Shown here: piece after piece, positions 62,950-64,000 of the stretch
How positions within the stretch are numbered: the first letter of the stretch is position 1
Layout: every line of letters begins with the position of its first letter
Assembly (NCBI RefSeq): GCF_009914755.1
Contig: NC_060943.1
DNA from: the human T2T-CHM13v2.0 reference genome, Homo sapiens
Strand: one strand, 5' to 3'
DNA: 64,000 nt
The notes under the pieces: generated by a model
Seen by the model: only the letters and a program-made list of their open reading frames with translations
What the model was told of the DNA's origin: nothing
The model's database searches: none
Translations under genes and position numbers: made by a program

Positions 62950-63910
62950 TGACAATTCTTCCTATTTCACCATCTTCATTTCGGGAAGTTCTCTGAGCGC
63001 GCAGAGAGTGTAAATGGACCTCAAACCCAAAAGAGGGGGCCCAGAGGTACCACGGCCGGAGGAGGATGCCGCCAGCCGCTCCGGATGGAACCCTTGGCGC
63101 CCACAGTTTGTGTGCTTGTGGGGGTGGCGTCTCAGGTCCATCTGTTCACCCTGTGTGGGGGCACAGGGTCTCTTCTTGTGCCCAGGGGCCTTTAACCCCG
63201 GCTGCTGCCACAGGAAACCCGCATGCCCAGCGCCTCCCTGGCCGTTCCGGGTCTTGGCTCCTTCTTTCTGGAACCGTCAAGTTTCCTTTCCTTCCTCTGA
63301 CCTAAGCCGTGTGCTGCACTGAACGTGAAAGGTCCCGTCTTCGCTCCAGCACTTCCAGAGTTTCCTGCAGGCGCCTCCGTCACCAGGCGGCCTTGCGTCC
63401 ACTCTGCACACTGGAAGTGGGTTCGGCCCTGAGGCCCCGCAGGAGGGCCGCTCACCCCTGGGCTGCTCAGCCTCACCTGACTGTTGCCTGTTTCTGAGCG
63501 GCCGTGTTCCCTGCTGTTCGTTCCGAGGCTCTGCACATCAGAACTGCCCCTCAGCAGGCACCCAGAGCCATCTCCCTGAAGGCAGAGACTCCTGGCCTGC
63601 CCTGTCCCTCCGTCTCCAGGGCCCAACATGGAGCCCAGCACCCAGCATAGCCAGTCCTCACGGACTCAAAGGACCACACTCTTTTCAAGAACATTCCTCC
63701 AAGGGGTGCCTGGCTCGCCCTGAACCCAGGACGCGGGTGAAACGGTTCATACTGCTCCGACGATGGGTCCCCTTGCCCTGGCTGTTTCTGTTTCAAAACC
63801 CCAGCAGCATCGTGGGGAGACGGGAAGCACGCAGGCACACGGGGACACTCAGGGTCCCCACGGCCACAAGAGACAGGGTGGAGCAGCAGGGGACCAGGCC
63901 AAGGGGCTAC

Positions 63911-64000
63911 CTGATGTCCTCGTCGGTCACCATGAAGGCTTTGCACAGGGGCTGCGTGGTGTTGAGCCATACGCCGGGGTTCTTCTCCACGGCGGCCGAG
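63911..64000 (-). CDS. MBD3: MBD3 penultimate coding exon (partial; runs off the window)
   Basis: SAAVEKNPGVWLNTTQPLCKAFMVTDEDIR, the MBD2/MBD3 C-terminal region; donor AG|GTAGCC at 63910. Confidence 0.93.

Overview
This is GC-rich, very Alu-dense human/primate euchromatin; the gene order PLK5(+), MEX3D(-), MBD3(-) matches 19p13.3. (1) PLK5 (~6.5-17.7 kb, +) is complete. I reconstructed 15 exons by hand. The kinase-domain ORF ends at an in-frame TAG in exon 6 (9386-9388, codon 209). A splice-split AT|G 24 nt later opens a 336-aa polo-box product. That product carries a second lesion: a frameshift in polo-box 1, bypassed by skipping an intact 130-nt exon. (2) MEX3D (-) is complete: a two-exon, 651-aa KH-KH-RING protein. 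Its last codons double as a U12-type 5' splice site, and a 188-nt AT-AG intron would give a 666-aa isoform with a different RING tail. (3) The MBD3 (-) 3' end includes two coding exons, a 3'UTR intron and two poly(A) signals. The intergenic DNA holds dozens of Alus, MaLR LTR, MER20/MER3 and old L1 fragments, a 1.7-kb (CCAT)n array, a 7SL retrocopy fused to an Alu left monomer, and an orphan promoter-like motif cluster at ~25 kb. Most ORFs in the supplied track are Alu, simple-repeat or GC artefacts. Repeat subfamily names and comparisons to other proteins are from recalled consensus sequences, not from a search.
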